Shown piece by piece: positions 55,594 to 64,000 of a stretch of 64,000 bases of DNA (its first letter is position 1; each line of letters starts with the position of its first letter). Both the position numbers and the translations under genes were made by a program. The notes under the pieces were generated by a model. It saw nothing but the letters and a program-made list of their open reading frames with translations. It did no database searches and was not told the DNA's origin. The stretch lies in the IMG/VR virus record IMGVR_UViG_3300013233_000436, positions 4,804-68,803 of that record; one strand, written 5' to 3'. The stretch is from a virus.

Positions 55594-56689
55594 CCGCATT
55601 ACCGCAAAATTCAACATCTTTGACAACGGTCGAAAATACACCGGCCAAAAACGCGGCTATGTTTTAGACAATTGGAAAGCTGCAATCAACAACAAAGTTG
55701 TGCAGGAACGCATTGCTCTTGGTGAGATGGTTGGCTACGTTGGCCACGGCTACCGAAAACTAACCGGCAAGCTGATGCCCGAAGAGATGGAGGTGGCCAA
55801 TATGCCCAATGGCAGCCAAATCGTGCTTGATGCCGATCCATCACACCGCTGTGTTGAGCTATCAATTGATGATGCTGGCAACGTGACGCACACCGAAGAG
55901 GTTTTTGACAACGACCAAGGCAAGCGGGTTATGGGGTTTCATAACTCAAAGTTTGGTGGATTTTCCGTTGCCGCCGCCCCTGCATCTGGAAGCAGTAGCA
56001 GCAGAACACTAATCGACATGGTTTATGGATTTGATTACGTCAATAACCCAAACTTTGCCGAAAATCGCGGCTATATTTTAGATGATGCCAGTGACGCTCC
56101 AAGCCGTGACAACGCCATTAAAGCCTTATCTGATGCCGGTATTGACAGTGCGGAGGCTGTGTTTGATGGCTGGGTTGAATCGGACGGTGCTTATTACAAA
56201 GATGCCATCTTTGATGCCGAAGACAAATTGATTGACTCGCAAATCACCGTTGGCGAACAAGAAAAAGACATTCAGTTATTAAGCGATAAGATCGAAGAAC
56301 TTGAAAAGCGGATTGAAGATCAAGCGATCTCACACGACAACGCTATTCTTGATAGTGCTTCACACTACCAGCAAGCCACCACGTCACTTGAGTCTCAATT
56401 GAAAGCCGATCACAGTGCAGAAATTGAGAAAATGGCCGTGACTCGATCAAAGGTAATGCAGAGAATGGCGGCACAATCACCTGTCGCCATACCTGATGCC
56501 GTCCTTGATTCACTTTCTAGTGCAGGGGATGTTGCTGGGATGAAGCCATTTCTCGATTTTCTTTCTAAAGCCGCAAAAATCGACGCATCGGATTTACCCA
56601 TTGGCAATCACACACCGCACTTTGTGGCCATTATTGCCGATGACGCTGGAGAAGATATTCAGTCCCCAGAGTTTGGTATTTTTGATTAA
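55580..56689 (+). CDS. pro: Prohead protease (P1 Pro-like)
   Basis: GEMVGYVGH, PSH, GGFS, GFDYVNNPNF T4-gp21-like motifs; follows prt. Confidence 0.85.
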   Translation: MSKLNRITAKFNIFDNGRKYTGQKRGYVLDNWKAAINNKVVQERIALGEMVGYVGHGYRKLTGKLMPEEMEVANMPNGSQIVLDADPSHRCVELSIDDAGNVTHTEEVFDNDQGKRVMGFHNSKFGGFSVAAAPASGSSSSRTLIDMVYGFDYVNNPNFAENRGYILDDASDAPSRDNAIKALSDAGIDSAEAVFDGWVESDGAYYKDAIFDAEDKLIDSQITVGEQEKDIQLLSDKIEELEKRIEDQAISHDNAILDSASHYQQATTSLESQLKADHSAEIEKMAVTRSKVMQRMAAQSPVAIPDAVLDSLSSAGDVAGMKPFLDFLSKAAKIDASDLPIGNHTPHFVAIIADDAGEDIQSPEFGIFD

Positions 56690-56692
56690 ACC

Positions 56693-57799
56693 TCAATTGT
56701 TGACCTTTGCCAGCCATTCGCTTGCTGGCAATTCAACAACATTCGACCGCAAGGAGTAAATCTTATTCTTGCCTTTCATTTTAAGGTCAAGATAGCCCTC
56801 TTCTTTCATTCGCCCAAGAATGGCCGTGGCCGGTTCGTACTGGATTCCCAGCAACTTCCTAACCTTTGATACTGCTGGCGTTATTTCGCCGGTAAGAATC
56901 GCTCTCTTGGCTTTGTCAAAGTCGCTAATGTCTTCCTTTAGCTCCATAGCGGCTTTTTCGATCAAACCCTCTGTTTCTGTATCCTCAATCTCAACTTCTT
57001 TGCAGGAATCTAACTGGATTCCACTAGATTGATCTTGCTGTCTTGATCTTATAGTCGCATCCACTGGCAGTGTCTCCAGTGCCTTAGTGGATTCTTCCAC
57101 TGTATAACCTGAATCCACTAAGATTCTGTTTAAATTCAACACCTTATCTTTCTTTCCAAACACATATAATCCAAAGATAGACAGTGAATCCATCAATAAT
57201 CCTATGAGGCTGAATACAATCCACTGCATAGTGGATGCGGATATTCCAAGAATATTGGCCGCTGATTGCCAAGAATTACCGGCCTCTGGCTGAGAGGTGC
57301 CAAGCGTTTTTAGCGCCTCTAGTTTCGCCTCTTTTTTGCTTTGAAGCGCCTCGATTCTGTCCTGTTTTGGTTTGATGCACTTTGTCTCCCATGCAACATT
57401 GCAGCCCTTAACCTGAACCCTAATATCCTCTATTTGCCTCTCAATGGATTGTATATCGGACAGTGCGAACCGGTAATTCGTGCTGTTCTTTGCCTCAAAA
57501 ACCATACTGGTATCAAGGCGACTCTTGAAAAAAAACACCTCTGAGAACACGCTTAACAGCATTATTGGGATCAGCAGCATGGCAGCAACAACCCGCTTTA
57601 GATTGCTTGCGCTTGAGAGTGTGGAGCCTATAACGATCTTGGATAGGATTATGCCCAAAACCACAAGGCCGCCAATGGCCGCTGATAATGCGCCAGGCTG
57701 AATGGAGTAGTAGAGATGCCATTGTGATATGGCGGCAACAGCAGACAACAGCAGGGCGGCTATGAGAGCCGTGTATTTTGTGGTCATAATTGTTTTCAC
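56693..57799 (-). CDS. Membrane protein with coiled coil and C-terminal winged helix (DdrA-like architecture)
   Basis: 3 TM + coiled coil + TM + linker + FDKAKRAIL.GEITPAVSKVRKLLGIQYEPATAILGRM (FtsK-gamma-like wHTH). Confidence 0.65.
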   Translation of the reverse strand: MKTIMTTKYTALIAALLLSAVAAISQWHLYYSIQPGALSAAIGGLVVLGIILSKIVIGSTLSSASNLKRVVAAMLLIPIMLLSVFSEVFFFKSRLDTSMVFEAKNSTNYRFALSDIQSIERQIEDIRVQVKGCNVAWETKCIKPKQDRIEALQSKKEAKLEALKTLGTSQPEAGNSWQSAANILGISASTMQWIVFSLIGLLMDSLSIFGLYVFGKKDKVLNLNRILVDSGYTVEESTKALETLPVDATIRSRQQDQSSGIQLDSCKEVEIEDTETEGLIEKAAMELKEDISDFDKAKRAILTGEITPAVSKVRKLLGIQYEPATAILGRMKEEGYLDLKMKGKNKIYSLRSNVVELPASEWLAKVNN

Positions 57800-57912
57800 C
57801 TATTGGGAAGTCTGGGAAGGACTCCCAGACCGTGGTTTAACTTGAAATAGAGATAAAGAACAGCAGTATAACGAAAAAGCAGGCTATACCGGAAAAGTAC
57901 AAAGTTAACGCC

Positions 57913-58122
57913 TTAACCTGATTCATTCACAAGATCCAAGTATCGAATCTTTGGGTATGCGTCCATTAGCGTGATACTGAACCCGCAAGATTCGCAAGAG
58001 TGGCCGTATTGCGGTGGGCATGTTGGGAAATATTGGCCGTTGGGTGTACAAACACCCTCCCCGCATTCGTCGCAAAGGTATTCGATTTTTTCAACCGAAA
58101 CCGGTTTTGACATTTCTGGCAT
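57913..58122 (-). CDS. Small zinc-ribbon protein
   Basis: CDECG...PPQYGHSCESCG...YP. Confidence 0.65.
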   Translation of the reverse strand: MPEMSKPVSVEKIEYLCDECGEGVCTPNGQYFPTCPPQYGHSCESCGFSITLMDAYPKIRYLDLVNESG

Positions 58123-58164
58123 TTTGTTTCTCCAATTTCCGGCCGTCTTTGGCCGTATTTATCA

Positions 58165-59388
58165 TTATACGATTGAGCCATCCTCAATATAAAAACCCTG
58201 CTCACCGTCTTTTTTGCTGCTCACCAACTCAAGAAAGACTTGAAATCCAGCATCTTCGGCATCACGAATAACTTCGGCCTGAGCATCTTCGTCAAGCAAG
58301 CTGAAATTCTCAAATATTGCCACTCCAAGGTCGCCCTTGAGTTTTCGAGCAATCTGAAACGCAATTTTTCTATGCTGTCCATCTGAGATCAGCCGGTGGC
58401 CATTATACGTCAACGCCTCGCCATCGTATGACAAGCCATCAATGGGGAATTCAGCGCCACTTATTAGGCTGGAGCGATCTTCATCACAATTGCTGACTTC
58501 ATCCGTCAGATGATCGTACTCTGATTTTTTGGCCTTAAATGACTTGCTGCCGACAGCCCACTGTTCGTAGATAGCCGCTTTTCTGTTGGTGTCCTCAGCA
58601 GATCGTAGCGACTCGGAAATAGCCGATGTATCAATCACTTTCATTGACTCCAAGCTGGCCTCTCGTGATTTGGCTTCACTCTCAATCCACTGCTTTTTGA
58701 TTTTCAGCTCGACAATCTTGGCCTCAAGACCTGAAATAGAAGCGATTGTTGCCGAAAGCTCACTACCAAGTCCGTCAATAGATGTTTTAATGTTTGCGAT
58801 TTTGCGATTATTTTCATCCGCAGCCTGAATCTCAGAAACCAATTCAGCGGCATTAACTCGCTCGACCTTTTCAGGCTCTACGCCAGGATCGAGAGCTTTA
58901 ACCTCGCGGCCAACACCCTGGCGTTCCAAGTAAAATTCTTTACGCTTGGACTCAATATCACGCAACGGCTCGGACAAACCAACCATTTCCAGCACAGCCT
59001 TATCGCGCTTCTCGTTCGAGAGATTGAGGAATTTCTGTAGATCAACAAAATTGTGACCGATTAGTGCATCTAGTGTGGCCTGATTGCCTCGCATACCATC
59101 GGATTTAACAAGCAATGTTGTTTTTCCGTTCTTGAATTTTCGACACACAGTGATTGGCTCACTGCCCCCTCTTATTTCAAGATCAATCTCACCATCACAT
59201 TTAAGCAGCTCTTCTCGCTTTGCCTTGTCAAGATTCCCATACGCAAGCGCGGAAAAAATAGCGTTGACCATCCTGCTTTTTCCAGCCCCGTTTTTCCCCA
59301 TGATTTTAACTACGGACGGAAGATCCATAGGCCCAGCATTAATACCAAGGACATTTGAAATTGTTACTGTTGAAATCTGCATACTCAT
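58165..59388 (-). CDS. SbcC/Rad50-like ABC ATPase
   Basis: Walker A GKNGAGKS, long coiled coil, ISDGQ signature, IFENFSLLD. Confidence 0.8.
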   Translation of the reverse strand: MSMQISTVTISNVLGINAGPMDLPSVVKIMGKNGAGKSRMVNAIFSALAYGNLDKAKREELLKCDGEIDLEIRGGSEPITVCRKFKNGKTTLLVKSDGMRGNQATLDALIGHNFVDLQKFLNLSNEKRDKAVLEMVGLSEPLRDIESKRKEFYLERQGVGREVKALDPGVEPEKVERVNAAELVSEIQAADENNRKIANIKTSIDGLGSELSATIASISGLEAKIVELKIKKQWIESEAKSREASLESMKVIDTSAISESLRSAEDTNRKAAIYEQWAVGSKSFKAKKSEYDHLTDEVSNCDEDRSSLISGAEFPIDGLSYDGEALTYNGHRLISDGQHRKIAFQIARKLKGDLGVAIFENFSLLDEDAQAEVIRDAEDAGFQVFLELVSSKKDGEQGFYIEDGSIV

Positions 59389-59405
59389 TTTGTTTTCCTC
59401 AAAAA

Positions 59406-60017
59406 TTAGTTGGCTAGTTTTTTGGATATTTCATCCATTTCATCCATAAACTTTGGCACATAAAAATCCAAAGCCTTGAAATACTCTTCATCCGGTTCAA
59501 TCTTTAGAATCAGGGGATTGAAATCATCGTGATTCGATACAAAGAACCACCATTTCAAACCCGTAACCCACATGCTGAACTGGACTTGCCCAAAATAGAT
59601 CGTGGGCAATTTATTGGCAACAAGGTATTCAAGATGAACAGCAGGTGAGGGTGATTTTATCTCGATCCCTCCAAGCTCACCATTCAGATCAACAAGGCCG
59701 TCGGGACTGCAACCAACACGCCGATCATCGTCTTTGTAGATCAATCCCGTCTCATGCACCTCTGCATCAAGCATGAACTCAAACACCTCTCTACCACGAT
59801 GCTCGACCTCGTTGCCGCGCTCCATCCATTTTGATTTAAAGCCCTCCTCGATTTTTCCAGTTATCCGCTCCGCTGTAAGTTTGAAAAGAAGCTTTTTCCA
59901 GCTTGCGGATTTTTTGCCCTTCGTCGTAACCGCCTGACCGATCACCGACGCGCTCAACACGCCAAGGCGCGACCGTAGCCATGCCTCCGTGCCTTGTTCG
60001 TAGTGAGTGATGATCAT
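59406..60017 (-). CDS. YqaJ/lambda-type exonuclease
   Basis: QGTEAWLRSRLG, MERGNEVE, CSPDGL, IEIKSP, QVQFSMWVTG. Confidence 0.92.
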   Translation of the reverse strand: MIITHYEQGTEAWLRSRLGVLSASVIGQAVTTKGKKSASWKKLLFKLTAERITGKIEEGFKSKWMERGNEVEHRGREVFEFMLDAEVHETGLIYKDDDRRVGCSPDGLVDLNGELGGIEIKSPSPAVHLEYLVANKLPTIYFGQVQFSMWVTGLKWWFFVSNHDDFNPLILKIEPDEEYFKALDFYVPKFMDEMDEISKKLAN

Positions 60018-60604
60018 GGTATTTTACTTTGCAGCATTGAAACGGCTCTGCTGAATATCTCAGGGTTAATCCCAGAAATCGTCTTAGATTTTGCCCACTT
60101 CAAAAACAGATCGGTATCTGAATTGGATTCTTTTATCAGCCGCTTCAACTGATCTGCTTGACCCGATGTTATTGTGTTTGTACTGCCATTAGCTCCACCC
60201 GCTGAAACTGAATCAGAGTCAACCCCGTCATCAATCGCAAACATTGCACACAGAGCGTATTTTCTCGCATAGCTCGAAGCTGACCCAGTAACCTGAGCCG
60301 CATCCATTCCCTTTTTTTCCAGCGGCTCACGGGCAAACGCAGAAACCGAGTGGCTTTCATGGCCACAGTGAATTGTCGCCGTTGATTTAACGTAAATACG
60401 ATCCGCAACCTGAATAATATCATCGCTGATTGTCACAGAGCAGTCGCCCAAAACAAGTTTAAGCCCCTCAAAAATGTCCTCCGCACTTCTGTAGTTGTAT
60501 TTTCCAAACCCATTGAACTTGGACTTTTTAGCAACCAGCTTTTTTTGTATTTCCGTCAATGCGGAAAACACCCCCCCGCCACCAACCTTTGCTTGATCAC
60601 CCAT
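60014..60604 (-). CDS. erf: ERF-family single-strand annealing protein
   Basis: YNYRSAEDI, KKGMDAAQVTGSASSYARKYAL. Confidence 0.92.
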   Translation of the reverse strand: MGDQAKVGGGGVFSALTEIQKKLVAKKSKFNGFGKYNYRSAEDIFEGLKLVLGDCSVTISDDIIQVADRIYVKSTATIHCGHESHSVSAFAREPLEKKGMDAAQVTGSASSYARKYALCAMFAIDDGVDSDSVSAGGANGSTNTITSGQADQLKRLIKESNSDTDLFLKWAKSKTISGINPEIFSRAVSMLQSKIP

Positions 60605-60742
60605 TGCCTTTACTCCAGTTTGTTGATCGACTCACAGCCAAAGCAGCACTTGCTCCAGCCTTAAAAATTGACTCCGCCATTTGAACATCGCCATTAAGCT
60701 CAATGACAGCCTTAATGACACCCAAAAGGCGCTCTTTTTTGC

Positions 60743-60964
60743 TTACAGACACAACTCACCCCGTTCTCTCAATTCTCTGCTGATGGACAGCAGATTTTTG
60801 ATCTTAATCCCGATTACATCAAGGATAATCTCCTTGGTTTTTCCCCGTGCGCGTTCTGCACGGCGTTCTGCTTCCTCAAGATCCAATCGCAACTCCAAAA
60901 GCATGGAGCGCATATTGCCAATATCGCCGCCAACTTGCGACGACCCCAAATTCATAACCTTCAT
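60743..60964 (-). CDS. Small coiled-coil hypothetical protein
   Basis: CTGGAGAGG SD; first gene of leftward operon. Confidence 0.6.
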   Translation of the reverse strand: MKVMNLGSSQVGGDIGNMRSMLLELRLDLEEAERRAERARGKTKEIILDVIGIKIKNLLSISRELRERGELCL

Positions 60965-60983
60965 ATCATCCTCTCCAGAGAAT

Positions 60984-61110
60984 CAGTAAATTTCAGTTGA
61001 AAGCTCAACTGGGATCTAATATAGCAAGACGTTAATGCTTTATCAACTACTTTCAGTGGTTTTTTTAGGGTTCGCTCGAATTGACAAAAAACCACTCTTT
61101 GTAGAGAATG
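60984..61110. promoter_or_regulatory. Divergent promoter/operator region
   Basis: TTGACA-17-GAGAAT at 61081-61109; palindrome CAGTTGA-AAGC-TCAACTG; 11-bp IR AGTGGTTTTTT/AAAAAACCACT. Confidence 0.6.
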
Positions 61111-61138
61111 GTTGCACCAAACAACAGGGAGTAAAAAA

Positions 61139-61390
61139 ATGAGTGAAACCAGATTTGAATGCAGAGAGGCAATTAAGGCGGTTGTGGCAGCAATCGGAAC
61201 GTACAAAGATGTCGCCAAGGTGTGCGGCGTAAACAGTCCTGAATCAATCAGAAAGTGGATTGTGGCGGGGCATTTGCCGCGAACTGACTACACAGGTGAG
61301 ACCAATTACGCCTCTATCCTGATCAACGCGGCAAAACGCGGCCACGGGATCAAAAAGAGGGATCTACTGCCAAGGCTAGGTAAATTTTAG
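61139..61390 (+). CDS. Cro-like DNA-binding protein
   Basis: VAKVCGV...SIRKW..GHLPRTDYTGETNYA. Confidence 0.8.
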   Translation: MSETRFECREAIKAVVAAIGTYKDVAKVCGVNSPESIRKWIVAGHLPRTDYTGETNYASILINAAKRGHGIKKRDLLPRLGKF

Positions 61391-62028
61391 AACCACGCGC
61401 TTTTTAGTTTTGATGCCGGGCGGTGCTTTTTCGGTATGCCGCCCCAACCAACAGGCAGGGCGTTTTTCTTCTCTCTGCTGTCCCTCAGCGACATCAATTC
61501 AGCGTAGGCCATTTTTTCCATACCAATTGCACGGGCTGGACATTTTGATTTTGCTCTGCGTAGAATCTCATGCTCATCTACTCCGGCGCGTTTCGCAACA
61601 TCGGCAGCAGGCTCCCAATTTTTGCCGGTGTTCACGCTGAATTTTCCGCTCTCATCAATGCGTGTTCTCCGAACCCGCTTCTTGTATTCAAACATCTCCG
61701 CGCCACGAATGCCGCTGTAATACCTGTTTGTTACAGTTGAAAGGCTAACCTGTTTTTCCCGCGCCCACTCCCTGATTGTTTTTTTTTCACCTTCAATCTC
61801 AACAACATCACCGCCACTAAAATCCGAGTTTGTGTTTGTGATTAGCTCCAGCCCCCTGCGACCTGAATCCCATCTGTGTGCTGCGGCGCGGTAGGACAGA
61901 CCGCTCACTTCACTCGCCTCTCTCGATATGAGCCATCCATGCTCCAACCCACACCAATACTCATACATAATCCGATTGCCAACTCTGCGCTCTCTGCGCC
62001 CAATCTCAATATCACTGATTTTTTTCAC
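61387..62028 (-). CDS. Hypothetical protein with three repeated HTH-like units
   Basis: ISREASEVSGLSY..A.HRW.SG, TIREWAREKQVSLSTV.NRY.SG, AADVAKRAGVDEHEILRR. Confidence 0.6.
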   Translation of the reverse strand: MKKISDIEIGRRERRVGNRIMYEYWCGLEHGWLISREASEVSGLSYRAAAHRWDSGRRGLELITNTNSDFSGGDVVEIEGEKKTIREWAREKQVSLSTVTNRYYSGIRGAEMFEYKKRVRRTRIDESGKFSVNTGKNWEPAADVAKRAGVDEHEILRRAKSKCPARAIGMEKMAYAELMSLRDSREKKNALPVGWGGIPKKHRPASKLKSAWF

Positions 62029-62112
62029 GCCACACCCTCAATGTATTTGTGTTAATTGAGCTATCAATATACAATAGGGTACTGCAAAACACAACACACT
62101 AGGAGAAATAAA

Positions 62113-62769
62113 ATGGTAGGAAAAACGTGGGCAACAGTATCCGCCTTAGCTGCTGTAAAAAATCTTGAGATTGGATACACGCCAGAAAACCTAAAAAAAC
62201 TCATGAAGGCGCACGGAATTAATCGAAAAATACTGGCTACAGAGCTTGGTGTAGATGCTCAGTCGGTGAGCGCGTGGAGAGCGCCGATTGGTGCTGCCAT
62301 GCACCGCGACATGAACACAAAAAACTGGCGTAAATTTCTACAGATGCGAGTTGAGACAGAGACCATTCAGGTCTACTCTCTTGACGGCGATCACTTCGAT
62401 CACGATCCGCTGGACTTGATTTCAGAGCAGCCCGACATTGAGTCTGGAGTAATCACACTGTACGTTGCAGACAGAGTACCGGTGTCCGCTGGACAGCTCT
62501 TCAAAAGCTACGGCATTATTGACGGTATCACCGAATCAGCGCATGAGCTGTGTGGCGTAGATGACTATCTCGATGATCTATCAGCCGATGCAGAATCAGG
62601 GCTGATCGAGTCAATTGGAGGCGCGATCAACAAGTGGGCTGATGATCATGAATTGCAGCCCAAATTTTACGCTATTGAAAATGTGAGAAGGGCAAATTAT
62701 CGGGTTGTTGTAGATGATAACGGCAATCTTGATGATATTGTAATGATAGCTTGGGAGTATTTGAAATGA
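62113..62769 (+). CDS. ELGYTP-type HTH protein 1 with acidic C-terminal domain
   Basis: LEIGYTPENLK..LATELGV..QSVSAW..HRDM..W; AGGAG SD. Confidence 0.75.
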   Translation: MVGKTWATVSALAAVKNLEIGYTPENLKKLMKAHGINRKILATELGVDAQSVSAWRAPIGAAMHRDMNTKNWRKFLQMRVETETIQVYSLDGDHFDHDPLDLISEQPDIESGVITLYVADRVPVSAGQLFKSYGIIDGITESAHELCGVDDYLDDLSADAESGLIESIGGAINKWADDHELQPKFYAIENVRRANYRVVVDDNGNLDDIVMIAWEYLK

Positions 62770-63158
62770 GTGAAAAATTACCAGAAACAACCATATCACC
62801 GAATGTTTGCGATATTGTTAGAGAGTCTTTAACAGTGAGGGGCTACAGCGGCCTCTCAAACAAGGTCAAGGCGTGTTCCTGCGACATCAGCAGCCTTGCC
62901 CCTTGTGGTGATATTCATGGCGACTGTAGGGCATTTTTCATGGTTCGGGAAGGTGGGCTTGAGCTTGGATACACACCAAGCAACCTTCGAGCCTTGCAGC
63001 AGCAACATGGACTGTCCAATTCAGAGCTGTCAGAGATTTCTGGAGCGACGATAACAACGGTCTGCAACTGGCGAACTGGATTAGATAAAGACCATCATCA
63101 CGGAATGCCGCACCAACGATGGGTGCAGCTACTTGGTAAATTGGAGGGGGAAAAATGA
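62766..63158 (+). CDS. ELGYTP-type HTH protein 2 with Cys-rich N-terminal domain
   Basis: LELGYTPSNLR..LSEISGA..TVCNW..HHGMPHQRW. Confidence 0.75.
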   Translation: MSEKLPETTISPNVCDIVRESLTVRGYSGLSNKVKACSCDISSLAPCGDIHGDCRAFFMVREGGLELGYTPSNLRALQQQHGLSNSELSEISGATITTVCNWRTGLDKDHHHGMPHQRWVQLLGKLEGEK

Positions 63159-63391
63159 GCTACGAACTGGGATACACGCCAGCAAATCTAAAAGGGATTA
63201 TGGTTAAAAACAGAATATCAAACAAGGAGTTATCCATTGCTTTAGGTGTTTCTATCGCTACAATCAGCTATTGGTTGTCCGATGTTGGCAGTGCCAGCCA
63301 TCACGGAATGCCGCACAAAAGATGGGTGGGTTTTATTGAACAAATCGACTATTTTAGTGATTGTAAATCTGGTGGAGGATCATGGGCATGA
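63155..63391 (+). CDS. ELGYTP-type HTH protein 3
   Basis: YELGYTPANLK..LSIALGVSIATISYW..HHGMPHKRW. Confidence 0.75.
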   Translation: MSYELGYTPANLKGIMVKNRISNKELSIALGVSIATISYWLSDVGSASHHGMPHKRWVGFIEQIDYFSDCKSGGGSWA

Positions 63392-63600
63392 GCGACTACG
63401 AGCTAGGGTACACACCAGCAAACCTGCACAAGATCATGAAGGACAACAAATGGCGAACGTGTCAGGTTGCCAAGGCGCTTGGCGTTGGAAACAGCACTGT
63501 AAGCAATTGGAAGGCATCTTTGGACAAAAGCAGTCACCGTGATATGTCATCACAAAAATGGCGCGACCTTGTAAATATTCTTCAAAATGAAGCTGATTAA
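63388..63600 (+). CDS. ELGYTP-type HTH protein 4
   Basis: YELGYTPANLH..VAKALGVGNSTVSNW..HRDMSSQKW. Confidence 0.75.
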   Translation: MSDYELGYTPANLHKIMKDNKWRTCQVAKALGVGNSTVSNWKASLDKSSHRDMSSQKWRDLVNILQNEAD

Positions 63601-63698
63601 GGTATAATCGAATCTCAGGCAAAAGAATGGCCGCAAAACGGGCGGCCAAATAACATTACAAGCCGCTGCATTATAGCAGCAAAAGGAAAAGTTTCAAT

Positions 63699-64000
63699 AT
63701 GGCTATAGATAAGTTAATCAAACATCAAGCCGGTATCCCGTTCGTTATGAATTCGCGTGACGTTATTCAATCGCTTAAAAATCCAGAGGCTCTGGCGATT
63801 TGGGTCTACCTGCAAAGCCTTCCTGAGAATTGGATATTCAGAGAGATGCAAATCCGCAACCATTTTTCGATTGGTCGCACACGATACCTTTCTGCAATGC
63901 GAGAGCTGAGAGAGTCCAACCTATATCAAGTAAAGCGTCGCAAGAACGATGCAGGACAGTTTATCGGTAGCGATTACCACATCTATGCACTGCCACACAC
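63699..64000 (+). CDS. Phage replication initiator N-terminal wHTH, 3'-truncated by window edge
   Basis: Own translation ...EALAIWVYLQSLPENWIF...YLSAMRELRESNL...GQFIGSDYHIY; AAGGA SD. Confidence 0.65.
   Translation, partial: MAIDKLIKHQAGIPFVMNSRDVIQSLKNPEALAIWVYLQSLPENWIFREMQIRNHFSIGRTRYLSAMRELRESNLYQVKRRKNDAGQFIGSDYHIYALPH

Noticed and set aside
1-64000. CRISPR array, diversity-generating retroelement, IS element or tail-fibre invertase
   Set aside because: No repeat-spacer array, reverse transcriptase, transposase or Cin-like gene was recognisable by eye

Overview
The whole window is a P1-like (Punavirus-related) myophage or phage-plasmid genome segment, probably from a gammaproteobacterial host (host not determinable). 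1-9.2 kb: early/accessory genes (RdgC C-terminus, XRE repressor, tRNA-Arg(CCT), dimeric dUTPase, C5 DNA methyltransferase, many small ORFs, GH108 endolysin, a candidate small RNA). 9.3-15.1 kb: a minus-strand cassette with secreted endonuclease I, a structural protein and a 1353-aa DUF2341/LamG fibre. 15.2-38.9 kb: P1-type morphogenesis genes (26, 25, 7, 24, 6, 5, 23, 22, 21, pmgG, bplB, pmgC, tub, pmgB, sit, pmgA, bplA, 16, tail fibres). 39-52.9 kb: Dar antirestriction/internal head cluster (hdf, darA, polyvalent ddrB, darB, ulx). 54-57.8 kb: portal, prohead protease and a DdrA-like membrane wHTH protein. 57.9-64 kb: ERF/YqaJ/SbcC-like recombination operon, Cro-like gene, four tandem ELGYTP-type HTH paralogues and the start of a replication protein. 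Best leads: two clusters of an ATCCAC(T) DNA motif, one inside the gene of the membrane-anchored wHTH protein; a five-copy late promoter with invariant spacing; an anti-Shine-Dalgarno sRNA candidate; a +1 frameshift candidate in pmgB; and a putative cleavage-site plus packaging-helix grammar in head proteins. All gene names come from recalled motifs and synteny, not database searches.
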